From the NCBI GenBank assembly GCA_963757945.1, contig CAVWTN010000002.1, positions 1,606,974-1,670,973 on the forward strand: a stretch of 64,000 nucleotides of DNA, in the 5' to 3' direction. This document shows, piece after piece, positions 17,129 through 25,971 of the stretch. The position numbers and the translations under genes were made by a program. How positions within the stretch are numbered: position 1 is the stretch's first letter; each line of letters starts with the position of its first letter. The DNA comes from Vulcanimicrobiota bacterium (GTDB lineage Bacteria > Vulcanimicrobiota > Vulcanimicrobiia > Vulcanimicrobiales > Vulcanimicrobiaceae). The notes below the pieces were generated by a model that was not told the origin of the DNA, did not search any database, and worked only from the letters and a program-made list of their open reading frames with translations.

Positions 17129-19789
17129 GTGATCTTCATCAGCCATTCCAGCCTCAATAATGAAAAAGCGATCGCCGTGCGCGATTGGCTCGTTGAGCAA
17201 GGCTGGGGGGCGTCGCGGATCTATCTCGATCTTCAGAACATCCACGCGGGCGAGCGCTGGCGCGAAGCGCTCAACGACATCGGCTCGAACTGCGAGGCGG
17301 TCATCGCGTGCCTTTCCGATGACTGGTTGCGTTCGCCCGAATGCTTGCGCGAATTCAATCAGGCCGAGGCGACCAGCAAGCCGATCTTCCCCGTCGTCGT
17401 CGCGCCGATCACCGAGCGCATCCCGCGCTTCATCACGGACCTGCAGTTCGCCGACATCAGCGACCCGGCGTTGCAGGCCGAGGGCTTCGAAAGCCTCCGG
17501 CGCGGACTCTTGGCGGCGCGCATCGTTCCGGATGACCCTTCGGCCGCTTCCGACGGAAAGTCCGCGCAGGCGCGCGCTGCCGCCCGTTTCGCCACGAACT
17601 TGCCCAAACAAGTCTCGAGCTTCGTCGGGCGCGAGAGCGTCGTCGCGGAAATCGAAACGCTGTTGCAAGACGCGCGCCTGGTCACGCTGTTCGGCGCGGG
17701 CGGCCTCGGCAAGACGCGCTGCGCTCAGGAGTTGGGCGCGCGCTTGCTGGAGCAGTTCGACGGCGGCGTGTGGTTCGTCGATCTCGCGCCCTTGCGCGAT
17801 CCGGCGCTCGTCGCAAGCGAGATCGCGACCGCGTGCGGCGTTCGCGAAGCGCCGGGAAAATCGATGCTCGACGCGCTGACCGCGCACCTGGAACGCAAAC
17901 GCACGTTGCTGCTGCTCGACAATTGCGAACACGTCGTCGCGGAGGCCGCGAAGACGGCGGCCGCGGTCCTCGCGGCCTCGGCAAACGTCAAGATCGTCGC
18001 GACGAGCCGCGAGCTCCTGAAGGTCGTGGGCGAGGCCGTCTATCAGATGCCGACGCTCGCCGTGCCGGAACGCAGCAAGCACCTCGCGCCGGAGAGCGCG
18101 CTGACGTACGGCGCCGTCGAGCTCTTCCACGATCGCGCGCGCGCCGCGAACCGCGCGTTTCGGCTGACCGCGGACAATACGCCGGTCGTCGCCGAGATCT
18201 GCGCCCGGCTCGACGGCATTCCGCTTGCGATCGAACTCGCCGCCGCGCGGATGCGGATGCTCTCGCCGAACCAACTCGCAAAGCAGCTCGACGAACGCTT
18301 TCGCGTGCTCACGGGCGGCGACCGCACGGCACTGCCGCGCCAGCAGACGATGCGGGCGCTCATCGATTGGAGCTACGATCTGCTCTCCGCGCAAGAGCAG
18401 CGGCTCTTCCGCGACATCTCGGTCTTCGCGGGCAGCTTCTCGTTTCAAACCGCCTGCGTAGTTTGCGCGAACGCCGAGACGAGCGAACTCGACGTGCTCG
18501 ACGTGCTCTCGTCGCTCGTCGACAAGTCGCTCGCGGTCGCGGAACCTTCGGATTCGGACGCGCGATGTCGCGTGCTCGAATCGATCCGCGAATACGGCCG
18601 CGAGAAATCGATCGCAGCCGGTGAGGCCGCTGATGTTTCCGGGCGCCACGCGGCGGCCTACGCGGAACTCGCCGAACGGCTCGAACGCGAGTACGAAGAG
18701 TTGCCTTACGAGCTGTGGCTCGAGCAGACCGCGAGCGAAGTCGAGAACGTGCTTGCCGCGCTCGCATGGTCGTTCGGCGGTTCGGGCGACGTGCTGGTCG
18801 GGCAGCGGCTCGCCGCGACGCTGCGCCGCGTGCTCGTCGCGTTCAGAGCCGCAGAAGCGCGCCGCTGGGTCGCGACGGCGCTCGAAGCGGTCACGCCTGC
18901 CACGCCGCAGCCGGTGATCGGACGACTCGAACTCGCCGAAGCGACGCTCGCCTCGACGATGAGCCAGGTGCGTCCGGCCCTCGCCGCGGCGCAACGCGCG
19001 CTCGCGATCTTCGAGGGGCTGCGGGACGCGCGCGGGGTCGCCAACGCCCAGCGTTGGGCGGGGCGTTCCCTCATGCTCGTCGGCGAGATCGACGAAGGCG
19101 CGGCGTTGCTCGAGCGATCCCTCGCGACGCTTCGGGGCCTGGGCTTTCGGCGCGCCGGCGGCATCTTGCGCGACCTCGGCACGGCGCGCGCGCTGAAGAC
19201 CGACGTCGCCGGGGCCCGCGTGCTCTTCGCGCAGGCGCTCGCGAGCTTCAAGGAGAGCGCCGACGACTACAACATCGCGGTGACGGCTGGGACGCTCGCC
19301 GACGCGGAGTTCCGCTGCGGCGATGCGCGGGCGGCGCTCGTCGCTGGCTTGGAAGGGCTCGAAGCGGCGCGCGCGCGGCATCTCGAGTCGAGCGTGCTCA
19401 TGTGGCTGTTGTGCAATCTGGCCGCGTTCAGCCTCGAGCTAGGGCAGTACGACGACGTGCGCGCGTACGCGCACGAACTGCTCGCGCTGCGGCTCGATGC
19501 GCCCAGCGACATCGACGTCGCGTTCGCGTTGCAGCATCTCGCGGGCGTCGCCACGCTGCGCGAGCCGCCGGAGCCCGGGAGCCTGCGGCTCGCGGCGACG
19601 CTGCTCGGCTTCGTCGATGCGCGGCTCGCGGCGCTCGGCGTCGATCGCGAATACACGGAGCAACATCTCTACGATAAGATCCAGGCTGTCTTACGCAGCG
19701 CACCGGACGAGAACGCGCACGGCGAACCCGCCAGCGCGAACGGCGCGCTCAACGAAGAGGCCGCGGTCGCGCTCGCGCTGACGATCTGA
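17129..19789 (+). CDS. TIR-NB-ARC-TPR protein (STAND NTPase with N-terminal TIR domain).
   Basis: TIR: MIFISHSSLNNEKAIAVRDWL...AVIACLSDDWLRSPECLREF. P-loop: VTLFGAGGLGKTRCAQELG. Walker B: LLLLDNCEHVV. Further NB-ARC motifs: IVATSRELL and GIPLAIELAA. The C-terminal about 350 aa hold TPR-like helical repeats. GTG start. Confidence 0.85.
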   Translation: MIFISHSSLNNEKAIAVRDWLVEQGWGASRIYLDLQNIHAGERWREALNDIGSNCEAVIACLSDDWLRSPECLREFNQAEATSKPIFPVVVAPITERIPRFITDLQFADISDPALQAEGFESLRRGLLAARIVPDDPSAASDGKSAQARAAARFATNLPKQVSSFVGRESVVAEIETLLQDARLVTLFGAGGLGKTRCAQELGARLLEQFDGGVWFVDLAPLRDPALVASEIATACGVREAPGKSMLDALTAHLERKRTLLLLDNCEHVVAEAAKTAAAVLAASANVKIVATSRELLKVVGEAVYQMPTLAVPERSKHLAPESALTYGAVELFHDRARAANRAFRLTADNTPVVAEICARLDGIPLAIELAAARMRMLSPNQLAKQLDERFRVLTGGDRTALPRQQTMRALIDWSYDLLSAQEQRLFRDISVFAGSFSFQTACVVCANAETSELDVLDVLSSLVDKSLAVAEPSDSDARCRVLESIREYGREKSIAAGEAADVSGRHAAAYAELAERLEREYEELPYELWLEQTASEVENVLAALAWSFGGSGDVLVGQRLAATLRRVLVAFRAAEARRWVATALEAVTPATPQPVIGRLELAEATLASTMSQVRPALAAAQRALAIFEGLRDARGVANAQRWAGRSLMLVGEIDEGAALLERSLATLRGLGFRRAGGILRDLGTARALKTDVAGARVLFAQALASFKESADDYNIAVTAGTLADAEFRCGDARAALVAGLEGLEAARARHLESSVLMWLLCNLAAFSLELGQYDDVRAYAHELLALRLDAPSDIDVAFALQHLAGVATLREPPEPGSLRLAATLLGFVDARLAALGVDREYTEQHLYDKIQAVLRSAPDENAHGEPASANGALNEEAAVALALTI

Positions 19790-19845
19790 CGCTTGAGACC
19801 GAGATGAACCGGGTCGCGCTCGTGCTGACGATGTAACGCGCGAGG

Positions 19846-21402
19846 TTAGTGGACCGGGATCGTATACGTCGTCGAGCGCAGCAGCGGCCCGTCCGTCTCC
19901 GTCACCGTGACGGTGCAGTTCGTACCCGAGCTGCCGCTGATCAGGTCGAATTCGACGTATGGTCCCACGGCGTGGAACAGCGCGTGCGTCGACGTTCCCG
20001 AGCTGACGGGCGGGCTCTCCTGCGGACCGCCCGGATCTTTGTAGATCGGGGGCGGCGGCGGAACGTCGCCGTTCTCGTCGGGGCCGTTGTTGACCAGACA
20101 CGAACCGGCCGACGTATCGACCGAGAAACCGCCGCAGATCGCGGGCGCGATGCACGTGCCCGGGACCGCCGTATAGGTCGCGTCGTCCGCGACGAGCAGT
20201 TCCACCGCGTGATGCGCCGGCACCGACGTCGCGGACGGAGCGGGCGACGCCGCAGGGTTGGCGTTGCTGTTGCAGTTGGTGCCGCTCGCCGCGGCGACGC
20301 AGAGCTGCAAATCGGCGACGTTCCCGACGATCACGTTTTGAATCACCGGCACGGTGAATGACGGCGTGACGCACGTCGTCGTTCCGCTCGCCGCGCAGAG
20401 CTGTTCGGACGACGGCCCGTCGAGACCGATGAAGACGCGGTCCGGCGCCGGAGCCCCGACCGTGAACGTGACGGTCGGCGCACCGAACAAGACCGATGCC
20501 GAATCGACGGTGCCGAGCTGGCAATAGAACGACGGAATGCCGAGGATGACGGCGCCGCTCAGCGCCGGAGCGAGCACGTGCCCGACATATGCGGGGAAGC
20601 ACGCCGAGGAGAACATCGTGCCGCCGCCGCCGGTGTTCGCGTAATTCACCACGAGGCTCGACGGCAGCGTCGGCGCGTTCGAGGTGAGCACCGTGTTCGA
20701 TCCGGGGACGATCGGCAAGCCGACTTCGCTCGTCGAATCCTCGGGGATGATGCTGATCTCGGTCTTCGTACGCGGCGGCAGCGTGATGCTCGCAACGTCG
20801 GAGGTGAACGTGATCGAATGCCCGGATGCCGTGACGTCGCCGATCTTCAGCGACGAGACGGTCGCCGGTACGGGCTTCAGTTGAAAGAAGCTCACGCCGA
20901 AGAGCGTTCCGTCGACGCTGCATGGGACGTGCGCGGAGAAACCATCGACGCGCAGCGTGATCGGAAAGGGGAACGGGTTGTACAGCGGAATCGCAAACGT
21001 CGCCGGGCACGTGCGAGGATGATTCCATTGCGCGTGCAGCGACCCGCCCGAAGCAACGGAACCTTGAGGCTGACGGACGCCCAGCAGCAGCTTCGTGCCG
21101 GCCGGCACGTTCGTCGCGTGCACGGTCAGGTTCGCGCTGTACCCGCCCGCCAGCGGGATCGCAAAGGAGCTCGGCCTCGCGGAGAGCGCGGCGCTGACCG
21201 TGGCCTCGCCGCTCTCCGGGCCGGCGGCCGGGTCGACCTGCGGCTGTTGCGCCGGCACGGCGGCCGGCTGCTGCACCGGAGCGGCCGGCTGCGCGGGCAG
21301 CATGGCGCTGGGCTGCTGCATCGAGCTCTGACCGCTACAAGCCCCGAGTGCGAGCGCAATCGACATCAGCGCCGATAGTCCGAGCAAGCGAATAGCGGAC
21401 AT
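19846..21402 (-). CDS. Secreted lipoprotein with a Pro/Gln-rich linker and a Thr/Ser/Gly-rich beta domain.
   Basis: MSAIRLLGLSALMSIALALGACSG signal plus lipobox. The linker is QPAAPVQQPAAVPAQQPQVD. Confidence 0.55.
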   Translation of the reverse strand: MSAIRLLGLSALMSIALALGACSGQSSMQQPSAMLPAQPAAPVQQPAAVPAQQPQVDPAAGPESGEATVSAALSARPSSFAIPLAGGYSANLTVHATNVPAGTKLLLGVRQPQGSVASGGSLHAQWNHPRTCPATFAIPLYNPFPFPITLRVDGFSAHVPCSVDGTLFGVSFFQLKPVPATVSSLKIGDVTASGHSITFTSDVASITLPPRTKTEISIIPEDSTSEVGLPIVPGSNTVLTSNAPTLPSSLVVNYANTGGGGTMFSSACFPAYVGHVLAPALSGAVILGIPSFYCQLGTVDSASVLFGAPTVTFTVGAPAPDRVFIGLDGPSSEQLCAASGTTTCVTPSFTVPVIQNVIVGNVADLQLCVAAASGTNCNSNANPAASPAPSATSVPAHHAVELLVADDATYTAVPGTCIAPAICGGFSVDTSAGSCLVNNGPDENGDVPPPPPIYKDPGGPQESPPVSSGTSTHALFHAVGPYVEFDLISGSSGTNCTVTVTETDGPLLRSTTYTIPVH

Positions 21403-21625
21403 GGAGAGCCTCCAGCCGTTAGGTGTTCGAGCGCGATTCCTGAGGAGCGCCTAAATCGCCTCCGCGAGCCGAGTAGGCCTTTTGGCCCGCGCCCTTCTCT
21501 CGAAGGCTGGGCAAGTCTACGGCCGCCCGAGGATCGTCGCCGCCGAACGCGGTGCTCCTGAGAGCGTCTAACGGCGTGGTATGCTTTGCGCCTTACGTCT
21601 GTCCGCATGCTTGCAGAGGATGTGA

Positions 21626-23248
21626 TTGGTGAAGTTGGCGTCTGGAATTCCACTGCTCATCGGCGTCAGCGGCCATCGGCACTTGGGGGGCGGCGAGAAC
21701 GTCGCCGAGGTCCGCGCGCGCGTCGAGCGGTTCTTCGAGATGCTGCGGCGGCAATATCCGAACACGGAGCTGGTGCTCTACAGCGGCCTCGCGCGCGGAG
21801 CCGATCAGCTCGCTGCCGAGGTCGCGCTCGCGCGCGGGATCGCGCTCGTGGCCGTGCTTCCGATGCCGCGGGAACTGTACGAGGAAGAGTTTCCCGGCCC
21901 CGAATTGCCCCGCTTTCGCGAGATCCTCGCGCAGGCCGAGCGAGTCGTCGAACTCCCGTTGCTCTCGGGCACGACGCCCGAGGACATTCGCTCCGATCCC
22001 GGCAGAGCGGGCCTAGCGGCGCAAGAGCAATACGCGGCGCTGAGCGACTTCCTGGCCGTTCGCACGCAATTGCTGCTCGCGCTCTGGAACGGCGTTCAGA
22101 GCACGGCGCTCGGCGGCACCGCGTGGACGATCCGAGCGAAGCTCAGCGGAAGGCTGCGCGCCGATGCCGAGCGTTTGGATCCGATCGACTTGGGGCTCGT
22201 GTACGTAGTTCCCGCCGCGGGCGAGGCGCCGTCGACCGCGCCGTTACCGCGCGAAGGTTTCGTCGCCGGAGATACGATCGAACCGTACCTCGCAGCGCTG
22301 CGCGACATCGACGTCTACAACGCGCATCTCGAGGATTCGGCGCGGCGGCCGGACGCATTGGCGGAGGCTCGCGACACCGCCGACGCGCTCGCGGTTCGCT
22401 ATCACCGGATGCTCGCGCGTACGCGGAACATCCTCGCGCTCTTGGTGTTGACGCTGGTGCTGATGTTCGGCATCTATTCGGAACTCGCGCGCACGCCTCT
22501 CGTATTGTTGATCTATCTCGCGACGCTGGTCGTCGGCGCAGGCATTTGGACCTGGCAACGCCGCGCTCATATCGAAAAGCGCTTCTTCGAGTATCGGGCG
22601 CTGGCCGAAGCGCTGCGCATCCAGCACGTGTGGTTATCGAGCGGCCTGCCGCATTCCGTCGAAGACTCGTATCTGCGCAAGCACGCGGGCGAACTGCACT
22701 GGATCCGCTTGGTGCTGCGTGGGTACGCGACCGATAGCGACATCGTCGCCGCGCTCGCCGTGCGCCGCGCGGCCCGGCCGGTTCCGGGGCGGCCCGAGGA
22801 TTATCCCGCGGCGCGTCAGTGGATCGTGGAACAATCCGCCTACTTTCAAAGCGGCGCCGTGCGCAGAACGCGCGCCGTCAAACGCTTGCGCTCGTTGGCG
22901 CGCATTCTCTACGGCGCGGGCGTCGTAGCGGCGGCCGGAACGGCCGTTGCCGGCTATCTGGAAGCGGCGCCCGCCATCGAGCATGCCTTGGTGTTCGCGA
23001 TGGCCGTCGCGCCGGCGTCTGCCGGCATCATCCTTTCATGGATCGAGCAGACGGGTATCGAAGACGAGGCCCGTCAAACGACACGGATGGCACGACTGTT
23101 CGAAAGCGCCCGGCTCGATTGGGAAGCGCATCCGACGCTGCGTACCGCGCTGATGAGCGAACTCGGCAAAGAAGCCGTCTACGAAAACGCCGATTGGCTC
23201 CTGATGCACCGCTCCCGCCCACTGGAAGCCCCGCTGAGCCCGGGGTGA
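21626..23248 (+). CDS. SLOG (LOG/DprA-like Rossmann) domain protein fused to a C-terminal multi-TM (SLATT/DUF4231-like) region.
   Basis: N-terminus: LLIGVSGHRHLGG...ELVLYSGLARGADQLAAEVALARGIALVAVLPMP (compare DprA SGLArGIDaaAH and the LOG GGGxGLMG...GGxVxGViP pattern). Predicted TM helices are NILALLVLTLVLMFGIY, PLVLLIYLATLVVGAGIWTW, ARILYGAGVVAAAGTAVAGYL and ALVFAMAVAPASAGIILSWI. Confidence 0.55.
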   Translation: MVKLASGIPLLIGVSGHRHLGGGENVAEVRARVERFFEMLRRQYPNTELVLYSGLARGADQLAAEVALARGIALVAVLPMPRELYEEEFPGPELPRFREILAQAERVVELPLLSGTTPEDIRSDPGRAGLAAQEQYAALSDFLAVRTQLLLALWNGVQSTALGGTAWTIRAKLSGRLRADAERLDPIDLGLVYVVPAAGEAPSTAPLPREGFVAGDTIEPYLAALRDIDVYNAHLEDSARRPDALAEARDTADALAVRYHRMLARTRNILALLVLTLVLMFGIYSELARTPLVLLIYLATLVVGAGIWTWQRRAHIEKRFFEYRALAEALRIQHVWLSSGLPHSVEDSYLRKHAGELHWIRLVLRGYATDSDIVAALAVRRAARPVPGRPEDYPAARQWIVEQSAYFQSGAVRRTRAVKRLRSLARILYGAGVVAAAGTAVAGYLEAAPAIEHALVFAMAVAPASAGIILSWIEQTGIEDEARQTTRMARLFESARLDWEAHPTLRTALMSELGKEAVYENADWLLMHRSRPLEAPLSPG

Positions 23249-23254
23249 GGAGCC

Positions 23255-23416
23255 CTACTCGGGCGCCTTCAGCACTCTTTCCAGGTCGGCGAGGTACGCT
23301 TGGACCTCCGGGTCGTCGGGGTCCGCAAGCGCCTTGACGGCCATGTACTGCTTTGCAAGCAACGCCTTGTATCCGGGCTTATCGCGCGTGTCCGGGTTCG
23401 GCTCTTTATCGTCCAT
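23255..23416 (-). CDS. Small hypothetical protein (53 aa). It is below the ORF-track cutoff.
   Basis: MDDKEPNPDTRDKPGYKALLAKQYMAVKALADPDDPEVQAYLADLERVLKAPE. A GAGG-like SD lies about 8 nt upstream. Confidence 0.25.
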   Translation of the reverse strand: MDDKEPNPDTRDKPGYKALLAKQYMAVKALADPDDPEVQAYLADLERVLKAPE

Positions 23417-23790
23417 CAGCTTGTGCCTCGTTTCAGACCGCGATGCCGGGCTCGGCTGCGATCGTCACTCTCATGATGCCGCGTCGCGACGGCAGTCACA
23501 CCGGTATGCCGCGCTGAAGGCGATCGAGCGGGGAACGGCCTTGCAGGTGAGGCAATCTTGCGGTATGAGCGAACAGCCCGAGCGAAAGATTGACGGCGCG
23601 CGCTCGTGCTTCAACAAGAACGGGTCGCCGAAGGCCGCGTTCGTAACGAAGAAGCTTGCGGAGCGAGCGATTCCGCGAACGAGCGTGCGCTTGGCGGCGT
23701 ATCCATGCGCTCAGCACGGCTGGCATCTCGGACACCGTTAGCGGTGTCGCACCGGGCATCGCGCAGCGCCCTCCGCCATGAGCCATCAAA

Positions 23791-24867
23791 GTGAAGGAGC
23801 AGGTGAGCGGGAAGGCGCACGTTGCCGCCGCCCTTCGGTGGCAGAGCGACGCGCACGTGGAGCCGGCGGCGGTTCTCGCGGCAGCGATCGGGATGGCGGG
23901 ACCGGTCGCGGCGGGCGTCGCGACGGGACACTTGCCGCTCGGCCTGACGGCGGCGGTCGGGGGGCTCGCCGTCGGCGGCGCGAGCGTAGGGCCGAGCGCA
24001 AATGCGCAGGCACGCGATGTGGGCGCGTCGCTCGCGCCGATAGGCTTGGCGGCGGTCGTGGCGGCCGCGATCGCCGGGCGCGGGCCTGTCATGGATGCGT
24101 TGCTCGTGCTCACCGCATGCACGGCGGCGACGGCCGGCGGGTACAGCCGGCCGATGGCCGCTGCTGCAACGCGCTTCATTCTGTTCTCGATCGTGGCCAT
24201 CAACGTTGCCGGCGCCGCTCCGGACCGCGTCGGGCTGCCGATCCTCATCGTGGCGGGCGCGCTGTGGGCCGCGTTCGCGAACCTCGCGCTCGGCGGTCTG
24301 GCGCGGGCTCTCGGCCGCGCCGGGCCTGCGGTAGGCGATGCTTCGACGGCGACCGCTGCCCAGAAATTCGCGCGGTGGAGGAGGACGCTGACCGGCCTAG
24401 CGGGCTGGCAATACCCGCTGAGGCTCGGGATCTGCTTGACGATCGCCGGCGCGGTGCGCTCGCTTTGGCCGGAGCATCACCTGTATTGGATCGCGCTCAC
24501 CGCCGCGCTCCTCTGCGAGCGGAGAGTCGAGGCGCTTCCGATCAAGACGACGCAACGCGCATTCGGCACGGCGATCGGCGTGATGGTCGCGTACGCGTTC
24601 GTTGCGTTCAACCTCTCCGCATGGAGCTTGGCCGCGACGATCGGCGTCCTCGCGGGTCTGCGCTCGCTGCTGCGCGCGAGGAACTATCTCGCGTACGCGA
24701 TTGCGATGACTCCGCTGATCATCTTGATCATGGACGCGGGGCGGCCGCTCGGCATCGACGTGCTGATCGACCGTCTGACGGCAACCCTCATCGGCGCGGG
24801 GTTGGTGCTCCTCGTCAACGCCGCGGTTGGCCCAGCTTTGCGCAATGAGCACAGTGCGCGTCGATGA
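23791..24867 (+). CDS. Integral membrane protein, FUSC/YccS-like (aromatic acid exporter family).
   Basis: About 10 hydrophobic helices rich in A/G/L. The minus-strand ORF 23496..24248 is antisense and rejected. Confidence 0.5.
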   Translation: MKEQVSGKAHVAAALRWQSDAHVEPAAVLAAAIGMAGPVAAGVATGHLPLGLTAAVGGLAVGGASVGPSANAQARDVGASLAPIGLAAVVAAAIAGRGPVMDALLVLTACTAATAGGYSRPMAAAATRFILFSIVAINVAGAAPDRVGLPILIVAGALWAAFANLALGGLARALGRAGPAVGDASTATAAQKFARWRRTLTGLAGWQYPLRLGICLTIAGAVRSLWPEHHLYWIALTAALLCERRVEALPIKTTQRAFGTAIGVMVAYAFVAFNLSAWSLAATIGVLAGLRSLLRARNYLAYAIAMTPLIILIMDAGRPLGIDVLIDRLTATLIGAGLVLLVNAAVGPALRNEHSARR

Positions 24868-24912
24868 GGCGGCACACGCCGTTCGCGACGGCGCGGCAAA
24901 CGATCGCGGCGT

Positions 24913-25278
24913 TCACACGTTAGGGCGTGCTGCCGGGATGTAGCTGGTGCAATCGCACTCCAAGCACCGGCCGAGGGGCGGGCGTTCGAAATCTTCCGGA
25001 AGCAGCGCGATGTCGGCTGGATCGAATCTCCCCGGAAAGACGAAGGCCTGTTTTGAATTCGGCACTGGGCAGGCGTGCTGATGCTGGCTCGCGGCGTGCT
25101 CGCACGTGCAGAGAAACGCCAGCGTCTCGTCGGTTCGGGACCCTTGGCAATGAACGCAGTGCCACGATTTCCGCACGACGGGGTTTACCGTCCAGCGGCC
25201 GCCGCAACTCGGGCAAATCACATCAATCGGTCCCATGGGCGTACCGTACCAGGTGGCCCTGCCAAGCGTGTGACGCAC
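24913..25278 (-). CDS. Cys-rich hypothetical protein (zinc-ribbon-like). The start is uncertain.
   Basis: ICPSCGGRWTVNPVVRKSWHCVHCQGS...CTCEHAASQHQHACP...CLECDC. Confidence 0.35.
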   Translation of the reverse strand: MRHTLGRATWYGTPMGPIDVICPSCGGRWTVNPVVRKSWHCVHCQGSRTDETLAFLCTCEHAASQHQHACPVPNSKQAFVFPGRFDPADIALLPEDFERPPLGRCLECDCTSYIPAARPNV

Positions 25279-25392
25279 CGTTGCGGCACGATCGTCCCGT
25301 GAGGCTGCGCAGGGAATACTCGTACGGCTCTCTCAAGAATTCATGGCCGCATCGCATCAAATCGCCGGCGCGTCCACTCTCAAGCAGGAGCA

Positions 25393-25926
25393 ATGCCGCA
25401 AAGTCGCATCGTTCAATTTTTCGAGGGAACCGGCCGCGACGGCTCCGGCCGCCTCCTCGCGGACGTCCTGAAGTTCGATGACGCTCGTCTCGAGCAAGTG
25501 CACGACTATATCCAGTGGCTGTTCCCGCTGCCGGAACCGAGCGGAGCGAATCCGCTCGCTCCGACTCTGAGCGGCGAGGACGTCGCGGCCTTTCTCGCGC
25601 GACCGGACCTGCGGGCGGTGCTGCGTGAGGGCTTCCTCCGCATGCTGGCGTTCTACGGATTTGCTTACGATGGAGGCGCGATCGCGCCGGGTGCGTTTTT
25701 CTGGAAGCGCAAGACCGTTTGGCTGAGTAGCTGGAACCACAACCACTTGCGGCTGACGCGCATCCTGCGATCGACCCGGCTCCTCGGCCTCGAGGACGAG
25801 AGTCGAGCGTTGTTCCAATGCCTGACGACCGTTTACGAGAGCGCCGAGCACCGCGGGCACGATCACATATCGCCGGAGACCTACCGCTACTGGCAAGCCG
25901 CAGCCCAAGGCCTCGCGCTGCCATAG
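25393..25926 (+). CDS. OGFr-N-like (opioid growth factor receptor conserved region) domain protein.
   Basis: HDYIQWLFPLPEPSGANPLAPTL and the surrounding pattern are typical of bacterial OGFr_N homologs. Confidence 0.55.
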   Translation: MPQSRIVQFFEGTGRDGSGRLLADVLKFDDARLEQVHDYIQWLFPLPEPSGANPLAPTLSGEDVAAFLARPDLRAVLREGFLRMLAFYGFAYDGGAIAPGAFFWKRKTVWLSSWNHNHLRLTRILRSTRLLGLEDESRALFQCLTTVYESAEHRGHDHISPETYRYWQAAAQGLALP

Positions 25927-25971
25927 TCCCACGCCCGGTCCCTCGGCACGCCGGCCCTTCGACAAGATGAG

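Noticed and set aside
16160-19381. A 1073-aa minus-strand ORF spanning the TIR-STAND gene.
   Set aside because: Only the 3' part (16160-17056) encodes a plausible secreted protein with a signal peptide. The remaining about 2.3 kb is an Arg/Ala-rich antisense frame of the plus-strand TIR-NB-ARC-TPR gene, typical of high-GC DNA.
17129-19789. An alternative reading of the TIR-NB-ARC-TPR protein as an AfsR/MalT-type transcriptional regulator.
   Set aside because: No SARP/BTAD or LuxR-type HTH is visible at either terminus. The N-terminus is a TIR domain instead.
19691-21028. A 445-aa minus ORF overlapping the lipoprotein gene in another frame.
   Set aside because: The R/D/H-rich composition is an artefact. 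The 19846..21402 frame has a signal peptide, lipobox and coherent domain composition.
23567-23741. A C-terminal 58-aa stretch of ORF 23334..23741 with scattered Cys/His residues.
   Set aside because: No clear start or RBS and no recognisable zinc-binding spacing. It was left unannotated.
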